NCBI GenBank assembly: GCA_016720425.1 | Contig: JADKKQ010000003.1 | Span: 499,643-563,642, forward strand | Direction: 5' to 3' | Source of the DNA: Betaproteobacteria bacterium | GTDB lineage: Bacteria; Pseudomonadota; Gammaproteobacteria; Burkholderiales; Casimicrobiaceae | DNA length: 64,000 bases | Shown: one piece after another, positions 10,763 to 20,184 of the stretch | Layout: each line of letters starts with the position of its first letter | Numbering within the stretch: position 1 is the stretch's first letter | Made by a program: the position numbers and the translations under genes | Notes under the pieces: generated by a model | What the model was told of the DNA's origin: nothing | The model's database searches: none | What the model saw: the letters and a program-made list of their open reading frames with translations, nothing else

Positions 10763-12283
10763 ATGCCCTCCGTTCGACCCACGCCGCGCCGCGAACCGGC
10801 CCCGCCGCTTCGTCGCCTCGCGGCCGGCGTCCTGGCGCTCGCACTGGCGCTGCAACCCGTGGGCCCCGGGGTTGCGACACTCGCCCAGGCGCAGCGCCTG
10901 CCCGACCTGGGCGACGAGTCCGAGGCCGGGGTCACGCCGTCGCAGGAGCGCAAGCTCGGCGAAGCGATCGTCGGGCAGATCCGCGCGGCGGGTGGCTACC
11001 TGGACGACCCCGAGGTCAACGACTATCTCAACGAGCTCGGCAACCGGCTGGTGGCCGTCGCCGCCGACCGCTTCGACTTCGAGTTCTTCGCGGTGCCCGA
11101 CCCCGGGATCAACGCCTTCGCGCTGCCCGGCGGCTTCATCGGCGTGAACACCGGGCTCGTCCTGCTGGCGCAATCCGAGTCCGAGCTCGCGTCGGTGCTG
11201 GCGCACGAAATCACCCACGTGACGCAACGCCACTACACGCGGTCGCTGGCGGGCCAGCAGCGCTCGCTGCTGTACTCGCTCGCGGCGCTCGCGGTTGCCG
11301 TCGCGGCGTCGCGCTCCGGCTCGTCGTCGGCGGGCCAGGCGACGTCGGCGGCGATCGCCTCGTCGCAGGCGCTGGCCATCCAGACCCAGCTCAACTACAC
11401 CCGCGAGCACGAATACGAAGCCGACCGCATCGGCTACCAGCGCCTCGTGTCCGCCGGTTTCGACCCGAACAGCATGGCGGTGTTCATGGACCGGCTGCAG
11501 AAGTCCGGCCGCTTCAGCGACAGCAACGCGCCGTCCTACCTGCGCTCGCACCCGATCACCTACGAACGCGTGGCCGAAGCCCAGGCGCGCGCGCACGGCG
11601 AGCCGTACCGCCAGGTCCGTGACTCGCTCGACTTTCACCTGGTCCGCGCGCTGCTCCGGAGCTACACCGGCACCGACCGCGAGGCCGTCGCCTATTTCCG
11701 GGCCGCGCTCGCCGATCGCAAGTTCAACAACCCGATCGCGACCCGCTACGGGCTGGTCGCGGCGCTGCTGCGCGCCCGCGACATCCCGCGCGCGAAGCAG
11801 GAGCTCGCGACGCTCGAGCAGGAGGCGCCGGCGCACCCGATGATCGACGCCATGGCCGGCCACGTGCTGCTCGAAGCCGGCGAGTTCCCCGCTGCCGTCA
11901 CCCGCTTCGAGCAGGCGCTCGCCAAGTACCCGAACAAGATGCAGCTGGTCTACGACTACCCGGACGCGCTGAACAAGGCGGGCCGCGGCGCCGACGCGGT
12001 GGCGTTCGTCGAGCTGCAGCTGGTCCGCTTCCCCGGCAACGGCCCGCTGCACCGCATCGCCGCGCGCGTCTACGGTGCCCAGGGCAAGCGGCTGCTGCAG
12101 CACCGCCACCAGGGCGAGTACTACGCCTGGGCCGGCGACCTGCGCGGCGCCGTGCTGCAGATGGAGCTCGCGGCGAAGGCCGCCGACGGCGACTTCTACC
12201 AGTCCTCGGTGGTCGAGACGCGGCTGCGTGCGCTGCGCCGCGATCTCGCCGAGCAGCAGGCCGCGATGGCCAAGAGCGGCTGA
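10763..12283 (+). CDS. bepA: M48-family Zn metalloprotease with C-terminal TPR (BepA/YfgC-like)
   Basis: [10 protein letters not shown] (HExxH), EYEADRIGY, signal peptide, TPR tail. ATG at 10763 (the track start 10754 is TTG). Confidence 0.82.
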   Translation: MPSVRPTPRREPAPPLRRLAAGVLALALALQPVGPGVATLAQAQRLPDLGDESEAGVTPSQERKLGEAIVGQIRAAGGYLDDPEVNDYLNELGNRLVAVAADRFDFEFFAVPDPGINAFALPGGFIGVNTGLVLLAQSESELASVLAHEITHVTQRHYTRSLAGQQRSLLYSLAALAVAVAASRSGSSSAGQATSAAIASSQALAIQTQLNYTREHEYEADRIGYQRLVSAGFDPNSMAVFMDRLQKSGRFSDSNAPSYLRSHPITYERVAEAQARAHGEPYRQVRDSLDFHLVRALLRSYTGTDREAVAYFRAALADRKFNNPIATRYGLVAALLRARDIPRAKQELATLEQEAPAHPMIDAMAGHVLLEAGEFPAAVTRFEQALAKYPNKMQLVYDYPDALNKAGRGADAVAFVELQLVRFPGNGPLHRIAARVYGAQGKRLLQHRHQGEYYAWAGDLRGAVLQMELAAKAADGDFYQSSVVETRLRALRRDLAEQQAAMAKSG

Positions 12284-12344
12284 TTCGCGGGCGGCACCAC
12301 GCCGGCGGCCGCCCGACCCTTTCGCAATCCCCTTCCCCGGTTCG

Positions 12345-13949
12345 ATGATGGCCAACGCCACGCCCTCCCCTTCCGCCCGGCCGCCGGGCTCGCGGCGACT
12401 GCTCGTTGTCGCGCTCGCCCTGCTGCTGCTCGCCGCCGCCGGCGCCCTCGCCTGGCGCTTCCTGGGCGCGGGCGCCGCCGGCCCGTCGTTCCGCGTCGCC
12501 AAGGTCGAGCGCGGCAACATCACCGCCGTCGTCTCCGCCTCGGGATCGCTGTCCGCGGTCACCACCGTCGTCGTCGGCTCGCAGATCTCCGGCCAGATCA
12601 AGGAGCTGTTCGTCGACTTCAACAGTCAGGTCAGGAAGGGCCAGCTGCTTGCGCGCATCGACCCCGAGACCTACGAGCTCAAGGTGCGCCAGGCCGAGGC
12701 CGACCTCGAGGCGGCACGGACCCAGCTGCTCAACCAGCAGGCGAACGGGCTGACGCTGCGCTCGCAGGCGACGCGCACGCGGATCCAGGCCAACGACGCG
12801 AAGAGCGACCTCGACCGCAAGGAGTCGCTGTTCAACAAGGGCTTCATCTCCGGGGCCGAGCGCGACAAGGCGAAGTTCACCTTCGACGCGGCGGCTGAAG
12901 CCGTGACCACCGCCGAAGCGCAGATCCGCGCCGGCGACGCGCAGGTGGCCAACGCCGCCGCGATCGTCAAGCAGCGCGAGGCCGCGCTCGCCGGCGCGCG
13001 GGTCGATCTCGCCCGCACGGCGATCGTCGCGCCGGTCGACGGCATCGTCATCTCCCGCCAGGTCGACGCCGGGCAGACGGTCGCGGCGAGCCTCAACACG
13101 CCGACGCTGTTCTCGATCGCCCAGGACCTGCGCGAGATGCAGGTCGAGGTCGCCATCGACGAGTCGGACATCAGCCGGATCAGGTCGGGGCAGCGGGTCA
13201 CGTTCACCGTCGACGCGTACCCGACGCGCACGTTCGAGGGCAAGGTGCGGCAGATCCGCAAGGCGGCGCAGACGCTGCAGAACGTGGTCACCTACACGGT
13301 CGTCGTGGCCACCGAGAATCCCAACCTGCTGCTGGTGCCCGGCATGACCGCCAACGTGCGCATCGTCGCCGACTCGCGCGAGGGCGTTCTTAAGGTGCCC
13401 AACGCGGCGCTGCGCTTCCGCCCGCCCGGGGCCGTCGCCGCCAGGGACGTCGAGCCGGCCGCCAACGCCGCCAACGCCGGCGGCGGCGCGGGCGGCGGCG
13501 ATCCGCAGGCCCGGCGGCAGCGCCTCGTCGACGAACTCAAGCTCGACGCCGCGCAGCAGGCGCGCCTGGACGAGATCTTCGCCGAACTGCGCGCGCGGAT
13601 GGCCGAGCTGCGCGACGTGCCGGAGGCCGACCGGCGCACGCGCGGCGAGCGCCTGCGCGGCGACATGCGGCAGAAGATCAACGCCATGCTGAATCCCGAA
13701 CAGCAGCGCAAGTACGCCGAAGTCGTCGCCAGCGAAACCGGCCGCGGCGGCGGCAGCAGCGGACGCGTCTACGTCGACGACGCCGGCCAGCCGAAGGAGG
13801 TGGCGCTGCGCCTCGGGCTCACCGACGGCAACGCCACCGAGGTCGTCGGCGGGGCGCTGGCCGAGGGTGCCGAGGTCATCGTCGGCAGCAACGCGCCGGC
13901 CGCGGCGGGCTCGCGCCCGGCGGCGAGCGCCCCGCGCCTCCCGTTCTGA
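12345..13949 (+). CDS. Efflux periplasmic adaptor (HlyD/MacA family) with a helical insertion carrying LTXXQ-like motifs
   Basis: MMANATP...; [30 protein letters not shown], coiled-coil hairpin, VPNAALRF ... [26 protein letters not shown]. The insertion lies at about 13420-13765. Confidence 0.85.
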   Translation: MMANATPSPSARPPGSRRLLVVALALLLLAAAGALAWRFLGAGAAGPSFRVAKVERGNITAVVSASGSLSAVTTVVVGSQISGQIKELFVDFNSQVRKGQLLARIDPETYELKVRQAEADLEAARTQLLNQQANGLTLRSQATRTRIQANDAKSDLDRKESLFNKGFISGAERDKAKFTFDAAAEAVTTAEAQIRAGDAQVANAAAIVKQREAALAGARVDLARTAIVAPVDGIVISRQVDAGQTVAASLNTPTLFSIAQDLREMQVEVAIDESDISRIRSGQRVTFTVDAYPTRTFEGKVRQIRKAAQTLQNVVTYTVVVATENPNLLLVPGMTANVRIVADSREGVLKVPNAALRFRPPGAVAARDVEPAANAANAGGGAGGGDPQARRQRLVDELKLDAAQQARLDEIFAELRARMAELRDVPEADRRTRGERLRGDMRQKINAMLNPEQQRKYAEVVASETGRGGGSSGRVYVDDAGQPKEVALRLGLTDGNATEVVGGALAEGAEVIVGSNAPAAAGSRPAASAPRLPF

Positions 13950-13963
13950 ACTTCCGCTCCGTC

Positions 13964-14719
13964 ATGGCGCCTCCCCCGCTGATCGCGGTCCGCGACCTGA
14001 CCAAGGTCTACACGCTGGGCGAGACCGAGGTACACGCCCTCGCCGGCATTTCGGTCGACATCGCCGAGGGGGAGTTCGTCGCCGTGATGGGACCGTCGGG
14101 GTCGGGCAAGTCGACGTTCATGAACCTGATCGGCTGCCTCGACACGCCGACCTCCGGCAGCTACCGGCTCGCCGGCGACGACGTCGCGCACATGGATCGC
14201 GATGCGCTCGCGCGCGTGCGCAACCGGCGGATCGGCTTCGTCTTCCAGCAGTTCAACCTGCTGCCGCGCACCTCGGCGCTGGAGAACGTCGAGCTGCCGC
14301 TGCTGTACGCGGGCACGCCGCCGGCGGCGCGCCACGCCAGCGCGCGGCAGAAGCTCGCGGCGGTCGGGCTCGCCGACCGCGAGCACCATCATCCGGCGCA
14401 GCTCTCCGGCGGGCAGCAGCAGCGGGTCGCGATCGCCCGGGCGCTGGTCAACGATCCCAAGCTGATCCTCGCCGACGAGCCGACCGGGGCGCTGGACTCG
14501 ACCACCAGCATCGAGGTGATGGCGCTGCTGCAGGAGCTCAACCGGACCGGCATCACCATCGTGCTGGTGACCCACGAGCACGACATCGCCGCCTTCGCCT
14601 CGCGCCTGCTCACCTTTCGCGACGGACGCCTGATCGCCGACGCCCCGAACACGCCCGGCGACGCCGCGGCGCTGGCGGCGCGCGCGCAGCAGCCGCCGGC
14701 CGCGCTCGTCACGCCATGA
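13964..14719 (+). CDS. ABC transporter ATP-binding protein (MacB/LolD type)
   Basis: Walker [10 protein letters not shown], signature [15 protein letters not shown], Walker [12 protein letters not shown]. Confidence 0.92.
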   Translation: MAPPPLIAVRDLTKVYTLGETEVHALAGISVDIAEGEFVAVMGPSGSGKSTFMNLIGCLDTPTSGSYRLAGDDVAHMDRDALARVRNRRIGFVFQQFNLLPRTSALENVELPLLYAGTPPAARHASARQKLAAVGLADREHHHPAQLSGGQQQRVAIARALVNDPKLILADEPTGALDSTTSIEVMALLQELNRTGITIVLVTHEHDIAAFASRLLTFRDGRLIADAPNTPGDAAALAARAQQPPAALVTP

Positions 14720-15948
14720 ACTTCCTCGCCACGCTGCGCATCGCGCTCGCCGCGCTGCGCATCAACAAGCTGCGCTCGGCGCTGACCATGCTGGGCATCA
14801 TCATCGGCGTCGCCGCCGTCATCACCATGGTCGCGGTCGGCGCGGGCGCGCAGGCGCGGGTCGAGGACCAGATCAAGAGCCTCGGCTCGAACCTCATCAT
14901 CATCCTCTCCGGCAACTTCACCTCGGGCGGCGTGCGCATGGGCTCGGGCTCGCAGCTCACCATCACCGAGGACGACGCCTACGCGCTGCAGCGCGAAGTG
15001 GCCGGCGTCCACGCCGCGGCGCCGCAGCTGCGCGGCTCCGGCCAGGTCGTCTACGGCAACAACAACTGGTCGACGCAGATCTACGGCATCACCCCCGAGT
15101 ACCTCGAGGCCCGGCAATGGGAGGTTGCCGAGGGGCGCGCCATCGACCCCGCGCACGTCGACGGCGCGACCAAGGTCGTGCTGCTCGGCCAGACGGTGGC
15201 GCGCACGCTGTTCGGCGACAGCGATCCGGTCGGCGAGACCATCCGCATCCGCCGCGTCCCGCACACGGTGATCGGCGTCCTCGACCGCAAGGGGCAGAGC
15301 ATGATCGGCCAGGACCAGGACGACGTCGTGCTGATCCCGATCTCGACCGCCCGGAAGCGGGTGCTGGGCGGCACCCAGGTCAAGAGCCGCAACGTGCAGA
15401 GCATCTCGGTGCGGGTGAAGGACGGCGTCGACATGGCGTCCACCGAGCAGGAGATGCGCGACCTGCTGCGCCAGCGGCACAAGCTGCAGCCCAGCCAGGA
15501 GGACGACTTCTTCCTGCGCAATCTCTCCGAGGTCCTGGCCGCGCAGGAGGCGTCGTCGCGGATCCTCGCGCTGCTGCTGGCCGCGATCGCCTCGGTGTCG
15601 CTCCTGGTCGGCGGCATCGGCATCATGAACATCATGCTGGTCTCGGTGACCGAGCGCACGCGCGAGATCGGGCTGCGGATGGCGGTGGGCGCGCGCGGCC
15701 GCGACATCCTCACCCAGTTCCTGGTCGAGGCGGTGACGCTGGCGCTGATCGGCGGCGTGGTGGGCATCGCGCTCGGCGCGCTGGCGTCGTTCCTGGTCGG
15801 CCACTTCGCCGGCTGGCGCACCGAGATGAGCGTCGCCGCGGTCGCGCTGGCGTTCGGCTTCGCCGGCGCCATCGGCGTGTTCTTCGGCTTCTACCCGGCG
15901 CGCACCGCGTCGCGACTGGCGCCGATCGAGGCGCTGCGGCACGAGTAG
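14716..15948 (+). CDS. ABC transporter permease (MacB periplasmic domain plus FtsX-like domain)
   Basis: [36 protein letters not shown]...; C-terminal FtsX-like 3 TM with [22 protein letters not shown] overlap with the ATPase gene. Confidence 0.9.
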   Translation: MNFLATLRIALAALRINKLRSALTMLGIIIGVAAVITMVAVGAGAQARVEDQIKSLGSNLIIILSGNFTSGGVRMGSGSQLTITEDDAYALQREVAGVHAAAPQLRGSGQVVYGNNNWSTQIYGITPEYLEARQWEVAEGRAIDPAHVDGATKVVLLGQTVARTLFGDSDPVGETIRIRRVPHTVIGVLDRKGQSMIGQDQDDVVLIPISTARKRVLGGTQVKSRNVQSISVRVKDGVDMASTEQEMRDLLRQRHKLQPSQEDDFFLRNLSEVLAAQEASSRILALLLAAIASVSLLVGGIGIMNIMLVSVTERTREIGLRMAVGARGRDILTQFLVEAVTLALIGGVVGIALGALASFLVGHFAGWRTEMSVAAVALAFGFAGAIGVFFGFYPARTASRLAPIEALRHE

Positions 15949-16070
15949 CGGCGCGCCGCCGACGCCTTCCTGTCACCTCCGGCAGGTGCGGCGCGGCAGC
16001 GGCCGGCGTTAGCTTTCTCCCGACGGCCGGCGCCCCCTGCCCGGCCGCCACCGCGACTCGGGAGGCCCGC

Positions 16071-16718
16071 ATGAAAATCCTTGTCATCGACGATCACCCG
16101 CTGATCCTCGACGCCCTCAAGCAGTTGCTGCCGCACCTCGCCAGCGGCATCGAGGTCCGCGCGGCCGCGCACGCCGGCGAGGCGGTCGCGATCCTCGACG
16201 ACGAGCCGGACGTCGCGCTGGTGCTGCTCGACCTCGCGCTGCCGGGAACGCGAGGGCTCGACCTCCTCGCCGACTTCATGCTCGACTATCCCGGCGTCCC
16301 GGTCGTCGTCCTCTCCGCCACCCACGATGACGCGACCGTCAACGCCGCGCTGGCCGCGGGCGCGCGCGGCTTCATCGCCAAGACGGCCAGCGCGAGCGCG
16401 CTGCTCGAGGCGCTGCGGCAGGTGCTCGACGGCCTCGTCTGCCGTGCCGCCGATCCGGCGCGGATGCCCGACGGCGACGGCGCGCGCATCGGCCCGGCGG
16501 CGCTGGGACTCACCACGCGCCAGGCGGACGTGCTGCGCTTGCTGATCCAGGGCAAGCCCAACAAGCTCATCTGCCGCGCCCTGCGCCTGTCCGAGGGCAC
16601 CGTCAAGGTCCACGTCAGCGCGATCCTCAAGGCGCTGCACGTCGGCTCGCGGACGCAGGCGGTCGCCGAGCTCGCACGCCGCGGCATCCACGTCGACACG
16701 CTGTTCCGCGCGCACTGA
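16071..16718 (+). CDS. NarL/LuxR-family response regulator
   Basis: MKILVIDDHPLILDAL, VLLDLALPG, LuxR HTH LTTRQADVLRLLIQGKPNKLICRALRLSEGTVKVHVSAIL. GGGAGG precedes the ATG. Confidence 0.9.
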   Translation: MKILVIDDHPLILDALKQLLPHLASGIEVRAAAHAGEAVAILDDEPDVALVLLDLALPGTRGLDLLADFMLDYPGVPVVVLSATHDDATVNAALAAGARGFIAKTASASALLEALRQVLDGLVCRAADPARMPDGDGARIGPAALGLTTRQADVLRLLIQGKPNKLICRALRLSEGTVKVHVSAILKALHVGSRTQAVAELARRGIHVDTLFRAH

Positions 16719-16817
16719 GAGGGAACCCAGGGCGAGGCGCTATCGGGTGGATGGGGAGGAGGGGAGAAGGGCAACGCGCGCAGCAGATTCATTCACCGGT
16801 TCTGACCCGGGGCCGGC

Positions 16818-18737
16818 ATGCCTGCGCCCAGTGACGCCGCGGTGCCGCTGCTCGCCCGCGCCCTCGCCGACGAGGTCGCGACGCTGTTCGCGTCGTGGCA
16901 GCGGACGACGCTGTCGATGCTGCTGGGCGCGCTGATCTTCTCGGTCGTCATGGCCGACACGGCGCCGGCCGCGGGGCTCGCGCTGTGGATCGCCGCGATA
17001 CTCGCCAACCAGGCCTGGCGCGCGGCGCTGGCGCGTGCCTATCACCGCGCGCGCCCGCCGCCGTCCGCGGCGCGGCGCTGGGGCGCGCGCTGGGCGCTGG
17101 GCTCCTTCGTCGCCGGCGGGCTCTGGGGCGCGGCAGCCGTGTGCTTCTATCCCGCGTCGCCCGCGCACCAGGCGCTGCTGATCGTCTGCCTGTTCGGCGT
17201 GGCGCTCGGCGGCCTCAACCTCACCGCCGTCTACAAGCCGTCGTTCTACGGCTTCGTGCTGCCGGCGCTGCTGCCGCTGATCCTGCGCGTGGCCTCGGGC
17301 GGCGACGACGTGCACCGATCGATCGCCGCCGTGATGAGCGTCGTGCTGCTGTTCCTGCTGGCTTTCGGCCACCAGGTCAATGCGCTGCTCACCCGCTCGC
17401 TGATGATCCGCCACGAGAACACCGACCTCATCGCCGAACTCAAGGCCCAGACCGACGCCGCCCAGGGCGCCCGCACCGCCGCCGAGAACGCGAACCGCGC
17501 CAAGAGCCAGTTCCTCGCCGCCGCCAGCCACGACCTGCGCCAGCCGCTGCACGCGCTCGGGCTGTTCGCGGCGGCGCTGGCGCTCAGGCTGCGCGACGCC
17601 GACCTGCGGCCGCTGGTCGGCAGCATCAACGCCTCGGTCGAGGCGCTGGAGCGGCTGTTCGCCCAGCTGCTCGACCTCTCGCGCCTCGAAGCGGGAGCGC
17701 TGCAGGCCGTGGTGACGCCGCTGCCGCTCGCTCCGCTGCTCGAACGCCTGGCCGCCGACTTCGGGCCGCAGGCCGAGGCGAGCCGGCTGCGGCTGCGCAT
17801 CCGCGCGACGCCGCTCTGGGTCGCCTCCGACCCGGTGCTGCTGGAGCGCATGCTGCGCAATCTGGTCAGCAACGCGCTGCGCTACACGCACGCGGGTGGC
17901 GTGCTGGTCGGCGCGCGGCGGCGCGGCGGCGCGGTGCGCATCGACGTCGTCGATACCGGCGTGGGCATCGCCCCCGGCGACCGCGAGCGCGTCTTCGGCG
18001 ACTTCGTCCAGGTGTCCGCCGCCCCGCGCCACCACGCCGGGGGGCGCGGCATGGGGCTGGGCCTGGCGATCGTGCGCCGGCTGGCCGATCTGCTCGACCA
18101 CCGGCTGGAGCTCGCCTCGGCGACCGGGCGCGGCTCGCGGTTCTCGATTCTGCTGCCAGTCGTGGCGCCGGCGCCCGCCGCTGCGCGGTCTGCGGCCCCG
18201 GCGCGCGTCGCCGTGAGCGAGCCGCGGTCGGCGCCGCCGTTCGCGAACTGCTGCATCGTCGCCATCGACGACGATCCCGCCGTCCTGGCGGCCATGCGCG
18301 CGCTGTTCGAGACCCGTGGCGGCAGAGTGATCGCCGCCGTGGATGCCGAGCAGGCGCAGGAGGCCCTCGATCCCTCGGCACTCGCCGGCATCGACCTGAT
18401 CGTCGCCGACCTGCGCCTCGCCGAGGGTCGCTCGGGTGTGGACGAGATCGCCCGCCTGCGCGCCGCCGCCGGGCACGCGATTCCGGCGTTGATCGTCTCC
18501 GGCGACACCGGCGACCCGGCGCCGGGAGAGGTCCGCGCCGCCGGCTTGACGCTGCTGCCGCCGAAGCCGCTGGTGCCGGCGGCGCTGGAAGTCGCGGCGA
18601 TTGCAGCGATCGGCCGGCGCCAGGCTGCTAGCTGCGAGGTTCGGCGGGCCGCCCCTTCATCCGCTGCCGGAACCCTTCGGCCCGGTTCACCCGCTGGCTC
18701 AGGAATTCCCGCACCACCGCCTTCTGCTCGGGCGTGA
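16818..18737 (+). CDS. Hybrid sensor histidine kinase (multi-TM sensor, HisKA, HATPase, receiver)
   Basis: H-box SQFLAAASHDLRQPL, G-boxes DTGVGI and GMGLGLAIV, receiver IVAIDDDPAVL...IVADLRL...IVSGD. The last ~110 nt overlap the convergent gene. Confidence 0.85.
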   Translation: MPAPSDAAVPLLARALADEVATLFASWQRTTLSMLLGALIFSVVMADTAPAAGLALWIAAILANQAWRAALARAYHRARPPPSAARRWGARWALGSFVAGGLWGAAAVCFYPASPAHQALLIVCLFGVALGGLNLTAVYKPSFYGFVLPALLPLILRVASGGDDVHRSIAAVMSVVLLFLLAFGHQVNALLTRSLMIRHENTDLIAELKAQTDAAQGARTAAENANRAKSQFLAAASHDLRQPLHALGLFAAALALRLRDADLRPLVGSINASVEALERLFAQLLDLSRLEAGALQAVVTPLPLAPLLERLAADFGPQAEASRLRLRIRATPLWVASDPVLLERMLRNLVSNALRYTHAGGVLVGARRRGGAVRIDVVDTGVGIAPGDRERVFGDFVQVSAAPRHHAGGRGMGLGLAIVRRLADLLDHRLELASATGRGSRFSILLPVVAPAPAAARSAAPARVAVSEPRSAPPFANCCIVAIDDDPAVLAAMRALFETRGGRVIAAVDAEQAQEALDPSALAGIDLIVADLRLAEGRSGVDEIARLRAAAGHAIPALIVSGDTGDPAPGEVRAAGLTLLPPKPLVPAALEVAAIAAIGRRQAASCEVRRAAPSSAAGTLRPGSPAGSGIPAPPPSARA

Positions 18738-19191
18738 ACGTCGCATAGAGCTGCAGCCAGTCGTCGCGGACCTTCCTCCGCGCCGCCAGGTTGGCGGCCT
18801 GCACCTCGTCGGCGACGCTCGCCGCGGCGGCAAGATCCGGCTCGGCCTTGGCCAGCTGGGCGCGCAGCGCGGCGCGCGCCCGCTCGTGATTGGCGCGGCC
18901 GGCCTCGCGCGCGGATTTGCCCTGCGCGACCAACTGGTCGAAGCGCTGCTGCTGCGCGGGGTCGAGGTTGAGCTGGGGCTTCAGCGTTGCCAGCGCTTGC
19001 CCCATCAACGCATCGCCGGGGCCGCCCGCCCGGCCCGGCCCGCCGTGACCCCAGTGACCGCCGGGGCCGCCGGGGCCGCCGAACGCCGACGCGCTGACCG
19101 CGACGCCGAGCGTCAAGGCCAGAATCGCCGCTGCGGTTGCCGTCGCCCGGCGTGCGTCGTGGAGGAGATTGAGAGAGCTGTCGCGTGTCAT
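18628..19191 (-). CDS. Periplasmic Spy/CpxP-family (LTXXQ motif) protein
   Basis: Signal peptide ATAAAILALTLGVAVSASA. Two LTXXQ-like motifs (LDPAQQQRF, FTPEQKAVV). Divergent from the OmpR/CpxR-type two-component genes, as cpxP is in E. coli. Confidence 0.72.
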   Translation of the reverse strand: MTRDSSLNLLHDARRATATAAAILALTLGVAVSASAFGGPGGPGGHWGHGGPGRAGGPGDALMGQALATLKPQLNLDPAQQQRFDQLVAQGKSAREAGRANHERARAALRAQLAKAEPDLAAAASVADEVQAANLAARRKVRDDWLQLYATFTPEQKAVVREFLSQRVNRAEGFRQRMKGRPAEPRS

Positions 19192-19353
19192 CGTGGGTCC
19201 TTTGTTCTGCGCTGGTTCGGGGAGATGCCGGTGGATGCCGGCCGGAAGCCGCTCGTCGCCGCAGCGCTTCCGTAACGTTCGACCCGATTGTCGCGTGACG
19301 TTCCGCTGCACGGAGTGCGGCTTTGCAACCGGAAGTTGCGATCCGGGCGTGGC

Positions 19354-19373
19354 GTTACAATCCGTTACAACTT
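19354..19373 (+). promoter_or_regulatory. Tandem 10-bp direct repeat GTTACAATCC GTTACAACTT; candidate OmpR/CpxR-family binding site
   Basis: Seen in the divergent intergenic region, 40-60 nt upstream of the response-regulator ATG. Resembles OmpR half-sites (GTTACA) and, on the other strand, CpxR GTAAA-N5-GTAAA (here GTAAC-N5-GTAAC). Confidence 0.35.
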
Positions 19374-19412
19374 CCCGCCGCCTTGCCGCGCCTTCGCGGC
19401 GTTTAATCGCTC

Positions 19413-20184
19413 ATGGCCGTCAAGCCTGCTCCCACCCGCATCCTGGTCGTCGACGACGACGTGCGCCTGCGCGACCTCCTCTCGCGCTACCTGACCGAGC
19501 AGGGGTTCCAGGTCGCGACGCTTCCCGGACGCGCGCGACGTCGACAAGAAGCTGCAGCGCGATCCGCCGCACCTGCTGGTGCTCGACCTGATGCTGCCCG
19601 GCGAGGACGGCCTGGCCGTCTGCCGGCGCCTGCGCGGCAACGGCGAAACGGTGCCGATCGTCATGCTGACCGCCAAGGGGGAGGACGTCGACCGCATCGT
19701 CGGGCTGGAGATGGGCGCCGACGACTACCTGCCCAAGCCGTTCAATCCGCGCGAACTCGTGGCGCGGATCAACGCCGTGCTGCGGCGGCAGACCGAGCGC
19801 CTCGCGCCCGGCGCCCCGACCGCCGACGGCAAGGCGCTGTTCGGGCCGTTCGAGCTCGACCCCGCCGCACGCACGCTGACCCGCGACGGCAAGACGATCC
19901 ACCTCACCACCGGCGAGTTCTCGCTGGTGAAGGTCTTCGTCGCCCATCCGCGCCAGCCGCTCGCCCGGGAGAAGCTGATGCTCCTCGCCCGGGGGCGGGA
20001 CCACGACGTGTTCGACCGTGCCATCGACGTCCAGGTGTCGCGACTGCGCAAGCTGATCGAAGCCGACCCGGCCAAGCCGCGTTTCCTGCAGACCGTCTGG
20101 GGCTTCGGCTACACCTACGTGCCGGACGAGAGCGCGCCGGCCAGCCCCGGGCCGCCGGCCGCGGACGACCGGACACCCCCTTGA
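19413..20184 (+). pseudogene. OmpR/CpxR-family response regulator interrupted by a +1 nt insertion near 19524-19528
   Basis: Frame 0 gives MAVKPAPTRILVVDDDVRLRDLLSRYLTEQGFQVATLP, then nonsense. The next frame gives DARDVDKKLQRDPPHLLVLDLMLPGEDG...TAKGEDVDRIVGLEMGADDYLPKPFNPRELVARI...GYTYV, ending at 20184. Confidence 0.8.

Noticed and set aside
16753-16771. 19-nt polypurine/G-rich tract (GGGGAGGAGGGGAGAAGGG) between the LuxR-type regulator and the hybrid kinase, as a G-quadruplex or regulatory element
   Set aside because: It has only three runs of three or more G residues, so a canonical four-tract G4 is not satisfied. It may simply be an extended SD-like or purine-rich spacer, and there is no second line of evidence.
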